Below are positions 24,138-35,547 of a DNA stretch of 36,630 nucleotides, piece after piece. Positions within the stretch are counted from its first letter, which is position 1. Each line of letters opens with the position of its first letter. The position numbers and the translations under genes were made by a program. The DNA lies in assembly GCA_030770535.1 (NCBI GenBank), contig JASVEC010000172.1, positions 1-36,630 of the forward strand, given 5' to 3'. The notes beneath the pieces are model-generated. The model did no database searches, was not told where the DNA came from, and worked only from the letters and a program-made list of their open reading frames with translations. This DNA is from Batkoa obscura. Taxonomy: Eukaryota.

Positions 24138-24320
24138 CTGGCCCTAAACTGCTAAAGTTGGGTAAACTATTATGTATGCGCTTTAAGTAATAATAGATCA
24201 TAACTTTTCATGAGCAAATTTATCGCATATTTGTCTAATAAATTTAAAAGAATACTAACTTTATTTTAAATCTGTTATAATTTATTACTAAGTATATATA
24301 AGTTAAAAAGGAAAAACGAC

Positions 24321-24740
24321 TTAAGGAGCAATAGCAATAGCTCTTTTACATGAAGGGCAGAAATGTACTTCTTCTTTAAATGACTTAGTAACGAGTGGTA
24401 ACCAAAACATGGGCCAGAAAAGGAAGCACACGGCAACTGAACACAAACCTGCTTTAAGACCTGCTTCATACTTTACTTCAGTAACCACTGGGATGTTCTC
24501 AAATGGGCACACTAAGGTAGCTGGTCCTCTTTGAGTTAGTTGTAATAAACCGGGCTGGTTAATCAAAGTTGCAGTTGGTTGAGTTGTTATCAAAGGATCA
24601 CTTTCAATCCCGTGTTTTATGTGGCTGCTCTCTTCAATATTATAAGGTGGTGGAGCTTGGCTCGATTCTTGAACTGGTGAATGTATTAATTCATTTTTAT
24701 TATCTAAGCTGACTTGAATTTTGTTATTATCTGAACTCAT
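24321..24740 (-). CDS. LITAF-domain protein, most canonical (likely parental) copy
   Basis: APPPY, ITTQP, PATLVCPFENIPVVTEVKYEAG, CFLFWPMFWLPLVTKSFKEEVHFCPSCKRAIA. Confidence 0.9.
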   Translation of the reverse strand: MSSDNNKIQVSLDNKNELIHSPVQESSQAPPPYNIEESSHIKHGIESDPLITTQPTATLINQPGLLQLTQRGPATLVCPFENIPVVTEVKYEAGLKAGLCSVAVCFLFWPMFWLPLVTKSFKEEVHFCPSCKRAIAIAP

Positions 24741-25417
24741 TATTATTTTAGTTTAAATTTGATAAAAAAATAATCTCTTGATTTTTCTTCTTTTTAAATA
24801 GTAATGTTTGGTTAATCTTTTTGTTGGAGTTTGGCTTTTTTCCTTGGCTTCAAGGGTATGACCTCATTTCCAAATATTCTCAATTGATTATTTGCTGTAA
24901 GTTTATGTTTGGATATCCATTCTTTTTAGTTTAATTTTTATTGAGTTAGACCGTTTCTTTTAGTAGAATTAATGAGTTTATATAGTTTGATTTATTATGT
25001 ATTTAATTAACCTAAGTTATTTTATACAATGTTATAATATAAATTTTCTTTTTACAAAAGACCTAATGTACGAGAAACAAAAATTAATGTATTCTTGTTT
25101 CCTGTTTACAGTTATTACAACTTTTTTGTGACTCAATTATTTATTTATTTAAGAAATAAATTTATGCTGAAATTCATCAAAATAAAGGAACAAAATCTAA
25201 AAAATTGCTAATTCAAATAAGTTAATTATAAAAATTACTGCTAAGAAAGTTAAAAAAGAGCTGTAACAGCTTTATCTTGAATCATGAATCTAATTGATTA
25301 AAAAAAGGCTGAGCAAATCAGCGCGTCTTTATCATTTTAAAAAGCAGTCTCACTAATTTTTTTCTAATATTTTTAAAATTATTTTTAAAATCAACTCAAA
25401 ATAAAAAGCGGATATTA

Positions 25418-26984
25418 ATGAACTTAGAAACCAATTGTTTTGGAGAAACATCGGGATTACTCTCTACCAGTTTTAATCAGGATTTTGGATGTATAGCTAT
25501 AGGCACAGATAAAGGCTTTAAGATATTTAATAGTGATCCATTGCATGAGAAATCAAGGAAAGGTAGTGCTTAATTAATTTTATATTAATCGCGATTAATT
25601 GTAAAATCTAATTCGTAATAGAATATGAAGATGGCGGTATTGGAGGAATAGAGATGTTGTATCGCTCCAACTTTATAGCTTTGGTGGGCGGTGGGAAAAA
25701 TCCAAAATTTCCACCAAATAAAGTGATGATTTGGGATGACATAAAATCAAAATTTGTTTTTGAATTGGAATTTAGATCTGTAGTCAAAGGAATTAAATTG
25801 AGAAGAGATAGGTAAATGATATGTTTATATGATGATTATGAATATAAATCATTCTAGGCTGATTGTAGTTTTAGCTACAAAAACGTTCGTTTACTCGTTT
25901 GGGGATATACCACAAAAACTGTATACTTTTGAAACAAGTTTAAATAATAAAGGTATTTTTATATTTCAAATATAAAAAAGGCAAATGGTTTTCACACTAT
26001 AAATTAGGATTAATAACTGTATCACAGTCCTTGAACAAATCTATATTGGCCATACCAGGAATACAAAAAGGACATATACAATTAATAGATATCGGTCTAA
26101 ACTTTAGCCATGATGGAGAATCAAACTATAATTCAGCTACCTCTTCATTAGCCAATTCTATCATTATGAATGCACCTTCAAAACCACCTCCAATTTCAAT
26201 TATTGCAGCCCACACTTCTAAATTATCTTGTATCGCTTTAAATGAAAATGGCACTTTATTAGCCTCGGCTAGTGAAAAGGTAAATATCACATAATTGATT
26301 GGTTTCAATTAATTTAAAATTTCAAGGGTACTTTAATAAGAGTGTTTAATACCTCTTCAGGTAAAGTACTACACGAGTTTAGACGTGGGGTTGATAGAGC
26401 TGAGATATATTGGTAATTTATTATATGTCATAACATTATTTTCTTACATTTTTTAGTATAGCATTTAATCAAGAATCAACAAGAATATGTGTTAGTTCAG
26501 ATAAAGGAACAATACACATATTTAATTTAGCTTTAATTGACGGGTTTAACCCAAAGACGGAGAACAGTCAAGGTAGTATAAAGTAAGATTGAATTTGTAA
26601 AATAGTATAAAATAAATAACAATCAGTAATTTAAGGCCAAATTTAGGAAATCGACAATCAAGGTAATTAATAAAATATGAATTTGCTATATAAATTTTAT
26701 TTTTAGTTTATCTTTTATGAAAGACTTGTTGCCAAAATATTTTGACTCTGAGTGGTCGTATGCTTCATACACACTTCCTAATGAAACGAAATGTATTTGT
26801 GGATTCTCTCCCATCAAAAATTCAAATGCTATCATTGGTAATTGATTTACTTGCTTATTAGTAGAAACTAAAATATTTGATTGTAGTGTTATGTTCGGAT
26901 GGTAGCTACTTCAGGATATTATTTGACCCTAGGGTCGGTGGACAGTGTACCAGAGATGTTTATAAGTTGTTTTACAGGCCCTAA
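25418..26984 (+). CDS. HSV2: PROPPIN WD40 phosphoinositide-binding protein (Hsv2/WIPI3-4 type), multi-exon
   Basis: [101 protein letters not shown]. Confidence 0.9.
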
Positions 26985-28232
26985 GTTGAAGGATCAAGTT
27001 TAACATCGTAGTTTTTGGCATTATTTTTATAGTTTTTTTAGTAATTTAAAATAAATTTAATATAATTTATGTACCATTGGGTTTGAAATTTTAATTAGTT
27101 TTAATTTAGTTTTTCAAATTGTTATGGGTAAGTTTAAAGGTAAGTTGGAATTTAAAAATAAATTTTCCAACTCACTTTTTTTATATATTTTCTATGTAGT
27201 GTAGAGTTTTAGAAAAATGTTTCAACATGAGTTATTTCAAAATCAAACAAAAGGCAAATATCTTTATAACACTTCGTGCTTGATTTACAATTTTTGTAAA
27301 AATTAATTATAAAATTTGAATCGACCCTTTAAACTAATCCATACATGCTAATATTAATAGTTATTTTTAACAGCTCATTATTTAATAGCTTCTATAAACT
27401 AAATTTATTTTATCAAGTAGCTCGGAATGTTTGATACATTTTCGTGCACATATAAATGTTTACTATTCCAACCAGTAATTTATTAGTTTTTTAAGAAGCT
27501 GATCCTATATAAATTATTGATAATGCTGCAGTCCGTTACCTTAAGGTGATTTTATCTGTATGAAAATGTATCGAAATATTAGAAACAAATTAATTAGTTT
27601 TGAATCAATTCATTAGCCAAAATTAGCAACTTAAAAATAGGTTGTATGAAAAGCGCATATAGAAATACCTAAAATTTGAGCTTTGACATTTATTATTATT
27701 TTGTATAACATCAGAAATTATATTTTAGTAATATTGTGAGTTCTTACAAAGTATTAAAGAATTCCCTATTCATTGACTTCAAAAGTAGAGACTTACTTTT
27801 ATACTATATCATATATTTTATTATCTAGAGAGGAAGCTATTCATCAGACGTACAACGCATAGTGTCGAATAAAGTGCAAGTAATGATACCTATGGCCCTT
27901 TTAGGATTACGACAAAAATAATTAAATAGATAAAGATGATATAAATAATCCTATTCAATTTGATCAAAATGTCTTATTGTAATAAGGTGATATTTTTAAA
28001 TGAAGAATGGAATAACAAAGTAGCATAAGTAAAGTATTTTTAAAATAAATTCATGCCAGAACGAACGAAAATAGTACAGGCTATTAATTTAAAACTAAAG
28101 TTCAAGCTTTGTTTCTATTTTAAACTTTGACTACTAAATGAACAGTATCAAACTATTGAAAATGTAGTATAAATAAAAAGGACTTACTACTTCAATTCAT
28201 TATAACAAAAAAAAATATTATTCTATCAAACA

Positions 28233-28619
28233 ATGAAATTCCAAGCCATTATTTTATTAACTGCCTCTATCTCTGCTCTCGCAGCTGGCACCAATTCAAT
28301 GAAAGATGTCAAATCCATCATCCAAGAGAGCAAAGCCAACATTGTTAAAAAGCACGGAGGCTCGAGCTCAAGTAATGTAGCTGCACCTAAATATATCTTA
28401 TCTAATGACATTGCGCCTTCTAAAACCTCTTTAGGGGCATATAAAGGTGAGTTCAATGTAGCCAACAATAACTATCAATGTAGAGAGGGCGATATGTATT
28501 GTGATTACTCTGGAAATGGATTTTGGACTTGTGCTCAAGGCTCTTGGGTCTATCGTAATTGTGGTCCCGGAACTAAATGCGTCCAAAATGGTGGTAACCT
28601 TTATTGTGATTATGCTTAA
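28233..28619 (+). CDS. Small secreted protein with C-terminal CBM19-like chitin-binding module
   Basis: Signal peptide MKFQAIILLTASISALAA; CREGDMYCDYSGNGFWTCAQGSWVYRNCGPGTKC...C; TATAAATA upstream near 28168. Confidence 0.8.
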   Translation: MKFQAIILLTASISALAAGTNSMKDVKSIIQESKANIVKKHGGSSSSNVAAPKYILSNDIAPSKTSLGAYKGEFNVANNNYQCREGDMYCDYSGNGFWTCAQGSWVYRNCGPGTKCVQNGGNLYCDYA

Positions 28620-29080
28620 TTTCCAAGTTCATTTTATATTAAATGTAAATAAATATTTATATAAAGAATAATTTTTAGTTTGCAAAATTTTATCTAAATA
28701 AACCTTTTAGAAGGCATTTGCCACCAAGTAAAAAACAATCTACGCAATCATAAAGAATAATTTAAACAACTTTTAGTAGTTTTTAATAAAAACAATATAA
28801 CCATGTGTACAAAATTTATGTGATAAATAAAAAAGATTTTAAGTGTAAATTATCTTTTGCTCACTTAAATTTAACCGCTTAATTTTATTAAAATTTCAGC
28901 ATTATTCATAGTAGTTGTCAAAAGTATTTAAATAGATCTAACATTTTCGTATATTTTATTTTATTTTGATATATAATAAAAATAAAGAATGTTTATTTGT
29001 TAATTTAATAACTCATCATATTTTTATAATTAATTTAATCATAATTTATATAATAGATTTAGCAAAATTTAAGTAATTTT

Positions 29081-29179
29081 GGGGATAATTTTTTTGATTT
29101 CATTGCTTTTTCCATTTTTTAAGCGCTATTTGAGCGGAAAAATTGTTAGTAAAATTCTTAAACACAAAAATACATTCCC
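29081..29179 (-). mobile_element. ~98-bp MITE family copy
   Basis: Reverse complement of consensus. Confidence 0.85.
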
Positions 29180-29622
29180 TTTACTGTTAAAATTAAATAC
29201 TTTCATAAATTCATATACAATTAATCTAAAGTTTTTTTAAATTTGTTATAGAAATTTTACCTTTTAATTATATTTATTGTTTATTAATTTTTTGTATAAT
29301 TTATTAATAACATAAATTGTTTTTCTATTTATTTTACATAGTTTGCTCAATTATTATGTATTATTTTTTTATTTATTATAAAATTTAACGTTTATAATTA
29401 AACTTAAAAAGTGTTTTGGATTAATTGATAAGGTGCAAATAGTAAGTCTTGGCTTATATAACTAAAATAAATTTAATATATAAAGTAAATAAAGTGATGT
29501 TAATAAATTTATCAATTTGATTAAGATGTTATATTATAATAGACTGATTTTTTGAACAAAAATTGAATAATAAGTAATCTATTAACAATTTATTTATAAT
29601 ACAAAAATGAAAATCTAATATT

Positions 29623-29720
29623 GGGGATGTATTTCTGTATTTAATAATTTTACTAACAATTTTTCCACCCAAATAGTACTTAAAAGATGGAAAAAGTAAT
29701 GAAGCCAAAAAAACAGCCCC
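29623..29720 (+). mobile_element. ~98-bp MITE family copy
   Basis: Matches consensus. Confidence 0.85.
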
Positions 29721-30043
29721 ATTATTAAACTTAAAAGTTAAAAATAAGCTCCTGGATATTTTTTAGTATTTTTGTAATCTAATGTTATTGATTTTTCATT
29801 CTGATAACCTTTTAGGGTTTTGTAAAACAACTCCCAATAAAATTAAACTATCTGATGGTGTAATCATTGAATAATAAGAAGGTGCAAAATATTAGAACTT
29901 AATAGAAAAAAATCTGTTATCGGAATTAATACCATTTAGTTTTTTAGTAAAAAAGATATAAACATAGAAAAACTTATCAATAAATTATTTAAAACAAACC
30001 ATGTTACTCCGATATTATAACAAAAAATATACTCTTTTAAAAT

Positions 30044-30534
30044 ATGAAGTTTCGAGCTATCCATTTATTATCTGCCTCCATCTACTTTCTTAATGCCAGT
30101 ATTGGATTTGTTTTAAAGGACATCAAATCTATCATCCAAAAGAGCAAAGGCAACATTTCTAAAACTAGGAAACTCCAGGCTTAAGCAATGCATCTGCTCT
30201 CAAATATCTGGGGATGTATTTTTTCGTTTAATAGTTTTACCAACAATCTTTCGGTTTAAATAGTGCTCAAAGAATGGAAAAAGTGATGAAATCAAAAAAA
30301 ACATCCCTATGTCTTATCCAATGGTATAGCATCTTTTGGAATTCCATTAGGGGCATATAAAGATGAGCTTAATGTAGATAATGACGGTTATTAGTGTAAG
30401 AAGAGTGCCTTGTACTACGATCAACTTGACAATGGGTTCTGGACCTTCTCTCAAAGTTCTTAAGTCTATCTTAAGTGTGATTCAGGAACTAAATGTATCC
30501 AAACGAAGGCAATCTTATATATAGTTTTGATTAA
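30044..30534 (+). pseudogene. Pseudogene duplicate of the 28233-28619 CBM19-like gene
   Basis: MKFRAIHLLSASI, KDIKSIIQKSKGNI, LGAYKDELNVDN, NGFWTFSQSS-stop-VYLKCDSGTKCIQ; stops, frameshifts and a MITE insertion. Confidence 0.85.
30210..30308 (+). mobile_element. MITE copy inserted in CBM19-like pseudogene
   Basis: Flanks ATCT/ATGT correspond to a single ATAT in the intact paralogue. Confidence 0.87.
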
Positions 30535-30602
30535 TATTGAGGTTATTTTGAATTAAATTTATATGAATTGCTTGTAACGTTAAAATAAATTTTATTTAAA
30601 TA

Positions 30603-32006
30603 TCATGTAAAAAATTTGGAGAATGAAGATAGGGTAGTCATTGGAGGCGGAATTAAAGATGTAGGGGTAGTGCCTAAAGTTAAACTTCGATTCAATTCAT
30701 TTAGTTTAGCTTCTCTGTATTGGCGGAATTTAAAGCGATCAGGTAGATAATTTAGATCTGGGGTGGTTGGAGCAAACAAAATGGATTTATTAAGTTCGGC
30801 TTCAAATAGGGAGGCCCGCCAATTAAAGTTTTTAGGTTGAGTTTCTAAAGCGGATTCTAAGAGTAATTTTTCAGTTGCACTACTTTGGCTACTGATATCA
30901 CTCAGAATATCGTTGTGAATCTTTCCAGTGCTTAGGGACTTTAAGTCAGGATTATCTTTGACACTTACATTATCAAAAGATTCTAAGGATAAATCATCAA
31001 ATTGGAAATCTAAAATTGTATATAAATCGGATGTCATTGGTCCACAAATAAAGTCTTCGTTATAGGCTTTGAAATAAGGACCCTCAGTATCATTCATTGA
31101 GTAAAAACTCTGCCTTTGGATATCAAAAATGGGCTTTTCAACCAGTCTGATAGTTTCGTTCGATAATCTAGATTCCTCTTGAACTTCAATTGGAGTTGCA
31201 GTTATTTCTGTTTCAGTAACTGACTCTTCTGGAGATGTTTTGCCTTTATCAAGCTTAGGGCTTGGTGAAAAAGGAGAAAAAACGCCGCTTGGTATCTTTA
31301 CATCAAACAAACTTTTGCTTTTATTTAATCGACGTTTGCTGCTTTTCTTTGGTATTGATGGTCTTAGTTTTGGGTTGTCATCAGTTTCTTGCTTTAAATC
31401 ATCTTCCATACTCTTCTTTAAGATACCAATTAAAGGCATAGTCAACATTTCACAACTTTTTTGGCGTTTGATCACTTCTGTTGGAAATTGGGTAGTGATT
31501 GGATCTGGAGACTGTAAAAAGGCTCTGCCTTGCTCATTTAAAGTCTTTGCGACCGTTGGATCAATTTCACATAGCGGGGAAGGTACCTTGGATTGAAGGG
31601 GTATTACATAGCCATCATCCAGCTTTTGGTTCGCTGCTTTGGTCACTTCAATAAAAAAATCGGTACCCATGTCAACATTGTCAATTACAGGTACTTCAGG
31701 TATCTCTTTTAATGTAGGGATAGGCGATGCTTCTAAAACCTTTGAATCGAATATAGGCGACTCATCCTCACCATCCTTAACACTAATGAATAAGCTATCC
31801 TTCCTCGATTTTTCCGGCTTGGAATTTAGGTCATCGATCCACCCGCTTAAACTGTTCCTCCTGGTTCCTAGCCATTGAAATGGTTTATATAAAGAGTTGA
31901 TAGATAGCTTTTTTCTAAGGCTATTTCTACGTGAGCTGGTGCCCTCCTGCTCTCGTAAAGAATTAATTTTTGGACTTACGGTGCTGGAAGAATTTCCTTT
32001 TAGCAT
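30603..32006 (-). CDS. Hypothetical Ser/Pro/acidic-rich, probably disordered protein (467 aa)
   Basis: 1.4-kb uninterrupted ORF with raised GC in very AT-rich DNA; two RRNS motifs; no domain recognised. Confidence 0.8.
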   Translation of the reverse strand: MLKGNSSSTVSPKINSLREQEGTSSRRNSLRKKLSINSLYKPFQWLGTRRNSLSGWIDDLNSKPEKSRKDSLFISVKDGEDESPIFDSKVLEASPIPTLKEIPEVPVIDNVDMGTDFFIEVTKAANQKLDDGYVIPLQSKVPSPLCEIDPTVAKTLNEQGRAFLQSPDPITTQFPTEVIKRQKSCEMLTMPLIGILKKSMEDDLKQETDDNPKLRPSIPKKSSKRRLNKSKSLFDVKIPSGVFSPFSPSPKLDKGKTSPEESVTETEITATPIEVQEESRLSNETIRLVEKPIFDIQRQSFYSMNDTEGPYFKAYNEDFICGPMTSDLYTILDFQFDDLSLESFDNVSVKDNPDLKSLSTGKIHNDILSDISSQSSATEKLLLESALETQPKNFNWRASLFEAELNKSILFAPTTPDLNYLPDRFKFRQYREAKLNELNRSLTLGTTPTSLIPPPMTTLSSFSKFFT

Positions 32007-32831
32007 AGTTCAAAATGGAATTCAAAATCAAAAAGAAAGTTTAATATGCTTAAATAATAATAAAAAGTAAGAAAAAGAGATAAATGAAACTAAATCATAA
32101 TTATAATTTTTTTAGTATTTTATTGTTTTAACTTCAAACTTTTTAAGACTGTTGTTTAAAGGAAATTAATTTTTAGCTAAAATTTAATTTCCATTGACAA
32201 AAAGATTTTAATGAATCTTTTCTATTTTAAGTAGTTAAGGTGGATTTATCTCTTTTTAATTTTTTTTGGCATCGTTAGATAATTAAAAAAAAACTTTATA
32301 TTATTTAAAGATAAAGAGAATCAGTACTGCTTTTATCTTGATAAATTATAGAGAGATGTATGAAATGGGCCCGAATTGATTCATATAGCTATACCATACA
32401 CTGTGGCTTGAATGCTGATCGAACTGCTTTCTAAAATATTTTACTGATACCCTTTACTACTGTCATTATTATGAAGGCTAGTTGATTCAAAGCTCAAACT
32501 CATCAGGTTACTATAGTCAATATAGCCTATCTCAAATAGAACCCCAAGTATATCATAAGCTTATAGTTGTAAAAAATAAGGTTTGACTACTTCTTATTCA
32601 ATAGAGAAGTAAGGCTACAAACATCTCATATGCTATGTATGTTTTTTTAACACTAGAGTAGTAATTTTATAAATATTGACTATTACTACGTTTCTCAATA
32701 GCATATCGCTGATGATTGTAGATGAATTTTAAATTACATCTGGTTATAACAGGACGTTTATCACTTTTGATTTGTTTGATGTTGATTCTATACCCCTTTT
32801 AGGCTCCAAAGTGTCTTTGAAAGTAACAAAC

Positions 32832-32930
32832 GGTGGTGTTTTTTTTGATTCCATTACTTTTTCCATTTTTTAATCGCTACTTGAGCGGAAAGATTGTTAG
32901 TAGAATTCTTAAACAAAAAAGTACATCCCC
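32832..32930 (-). mobile_element. ~98-bp MITE family copy
   Basis: Reverse complement of consensus; flanks AAAC/AAAT. Confidence 0.83.
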
Positions 32931-32978
32931 AAATTTTGTTCAATTTATCATGACTAAGGTCAAGGTTGAATAGCATTT

Positions 32979-33075
32979 GGGAGTGTCTTTTTTAACTTCA
33001 TTATTTTTTCCATTTTTTAAGTGCTATTTAAGCGGAAAATTTGTTAGCAAAATTCTTAAACAAAAATATATCCCC
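32979..33075 (-). mobile_element. ~98-bp MITE family copy
   Basis: Full length; ATTT on both flanks. Confidence 0.87.
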
Positions 33076-33194
33076 ATTTTGTTATAAAATTTATAAGCAG
33101 GGGTTTAATAATGATAAAGCTTTAGTTTAATCGTTTATTAACTTTAAAATAAAAAAACACCGAGATTATTCAAATTAAATGATATTAAAATTAT

Positions 33195-33692
33195 TTAATA
33201 TTTGTAGTGTTTACCAGTGCATTTTGGTTTTTTGGAGGTGGTAACTGGAACACTATGAGTTGAGGTAGCTGGAGTGGTTTGAGTTGAAGTAGTTTGTTGG
33301 AGAATTTTTTCACCATGGCAAACTCTACTGTAAGCTTGGTATTGGCAAGTAAGAGGAAACTCGTAATGCTCAGTAGTACCACGGTTAACATAAGTATCGA
33401 TAACAACGGAATCAGCTGAACATTTTCTTACAATAGCATTGACCCATTTATCTTGGGAGTAAGCAAAATCAGATTGACAGCTAGATTGTTTAGTGTCAGT
33501 AGTACCTCCGCAAGATAATTCTACTTTTCTTCCAAAGTAGTCAGAGGTACATTTGCAGGTGAAAACATATTGGTCTTTACCATTGGCTCCTTTGACTCTT
33601 CCATCAACAACATCACATTTGTGGGACCAGTCTAAAGCTAAGCTGGAGGAAACTAAAAGAGCGGCAATTACGGAAGTAACGATTTTGTACAT
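33195..33692 (-). CDS. Secreted cysteine-rich protein with Thr-rich linker and basic tail
   Basis: Signal peptide MYKIVTSVIAALLVSSSLA, 9 Cys, TTSTQTTPATSTHSVPVTTS, KKPKCTGKHYKY; TATA-like TATATAAG upstream. Confidence 0.82.
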   Translation of the reverse strand: MYKIVTSVIAALLVSSSLALDWSHKCDVVDGRVKGANGKDQYVFTCKCTSDYFGRKVELSCGGTTDTKQSSCQSDFAYSQDKWVNAIVRKCSADSVVIDTYVNRGTTEHYEFPLTCQYQAYSRVCHGEKILQQTTSTQTTPATSTHSVPVTTSKKPKCTGKHYKY

Positions 33693-34891
33693 TATTGTTT
33701 AAGATTGATAAAGGTAAAAAAATTAGTGTGTAATTATGAAGCTTATATACTGCTCATGAAAACTTTATTAAACTTATTTTTAGAATTTTGTAATAATATG
33801 TACTGATTAAAATGGTAATGGACACACTTCAATAAACTTTTAAGTAATTGCGCATAAGAATATGAATTAATCTATTTTTAAATTCTGCCATTGTTGGACA
33901 TAAGTAAATGTTTTTAATTATTTGAGCTATAAATAGACATTATATAAATATCTTTTCAGTAGTACAGTATTCTTGTATTGCTCTTAGTATTTTCTAATAT
34001 TTACTAGATTCTATGAAAGGATTAAAACAAGAATTAATAAACTAAGCTGAGAAAAGATTAAAGAGAAAAATAAGGAGAAAAATGTGCCATCTAAGTTCTT
34101 AATTTTAATCATATTGCTTAATCTATTTTTAAACACTTTATTTGACGTTTTTTTAGTGCTTAAATTAAATATAAAGATTTTATTATTTTATTGTTCTATT
34201 TAATTTAGTTATAAGGTAAATTTGGTTTTAATAGGCTCTGCTTTATATAAGTATGAACTATAGCTGTCATAAATAAATTGCTATTTTTAAATTTTATATT
34301 AAATATATTAGTTTCTAAATTATAGCAGGAGTTATAACCATTAATTCAAACACCATCTTAAATTCCAGTTAGATGTTAATTTAAAAGCTTTAATGAAATT
34401 TTCATTATTTTCATTAAAATAATTTTATATGAATTTTTAAATTTGTAAAAACTTAAATTAACTTAGAAGTTATAAAAAAACAAAAAGAACAATAACAAAA
34501 TTAGTTATGATCTTAATACAACTTTTATTTTAATGAATATCATATAAATAATATTTTTATTATTATAATAAAAACTACTAATATATCGATTCAAATTTCA
34601 TATCTAATTTTTAATCTTTGTTTTAAAATTAAACATGGGATCTCTTATGAAGATTACAACTAAAGCTATTAAAAGCTTCTAACAGCTTAATTGTTTATAT
34701 AAATTAGTCAGCCTTTTAAAGTATTAATTTAATAAAGTTAACAATAAAATGTCCATGTGCAGTGAATTTTATTTACTGTTATTTTGAGCTTTTAGTAATA
34801 AAATCAAAATAAATATAATAGTGTACAAATATTAATTGAAAAAGAATAACAATAACAACAGTTTATCTTTAAGCTCTCCACTTTGCCAAAT

Positions 34892-34985
34892 GAGCACGTA
34901 TTTTCTAGTTCTATTTTTTTTCATTTTTTGAGCGCTATTGAGTGGAAAAATCATTAATAAAATTCAGAAACAAGAAAACAGCAAC
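34892..34985 (-). mobile_element. Degenerate MITE copy
   Basis: CATTTTTTGAGCGCTATTGAGTGGAAAAA core; eroded ends. Confidence 0.65.
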
Positions 34986-35282
34986 CAGTTCTAATTTATA
35001 ACAGAAGTTTAGTTTTTTAATATTCAATTAGGTATGGTTTTAAATTATTTTTGAAAGAGATTAAAAATTTATTGGCAATGCTTTAATTGATATGATATTA
35101 TTTTCAAATGCTTATTCTTTATTCTAAAACTTTATACTAATAAGAAATACAGCATTTTTAAACATTTTAAATTAATCTCGATATTTTAAAACTATTGTAC
35201 CTTACTACCTTAGTATTAATGACTGACATTGTCTATGTTTACAATAAAGAAAAATACAACAGCATAAAAAATTAAGTTTAAA

Positions 35283-35327
35283 TATTTGAGTGGAAAATTG
35301 CTAGTAAAATTCTTTAAAAAAATACAC
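35283..35327 (-). mobile_element. Partial MITE copy
   Basis: TATTTGAGTGGAAAATTGCTAGTAAAATTCTT matches the 5' half of the consensus. Confidence 0.7.
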
Positions 35328-35448
35328 ATATATGGTTTATACAAGGCCATTACATAATTTGCTTTTTTTAGTAAGCCCAATCCCGCAAGGGTATAGAACT
35401 GGTACAATTCATTTATTTTGCTGCAATAAAGTTTTAAGTATAATAAAT

Positions 35449-35547
35449 GGGAATGTATTTTTTTGTTTAAAAATTTTACTAGCAAGTTTTTCCACCTAAA
35501 TAACGCTTAAAAAGTGGAAAAAGCAATGAAACCAAAAAATACACCCC
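35449..35547 (+). mobile_element. ~98-bp MITE family copy
   Basis: Matches consensus; flanks AAAT/TAAT. Confidence 0.83.

Noticed and set aside
31240..31878. Plus-strand ORFs of 118 and 79 aa
   Set aside because: Antisense shadows of the 467-aa ORF
35216..35485. 89-aa minus-strand ORF
   Set aside because: Runs through two MITE fragments and has no recognisable protein features
6464..35547. Repeated ~98-bp unit as a CRISPR-like array, SINE or ncRNA gene
   Set aside because: Copies are dispersed in both orientations with TIRs and TSDs, and show no regular spacers, poly(A) tail or evident pol III boxes
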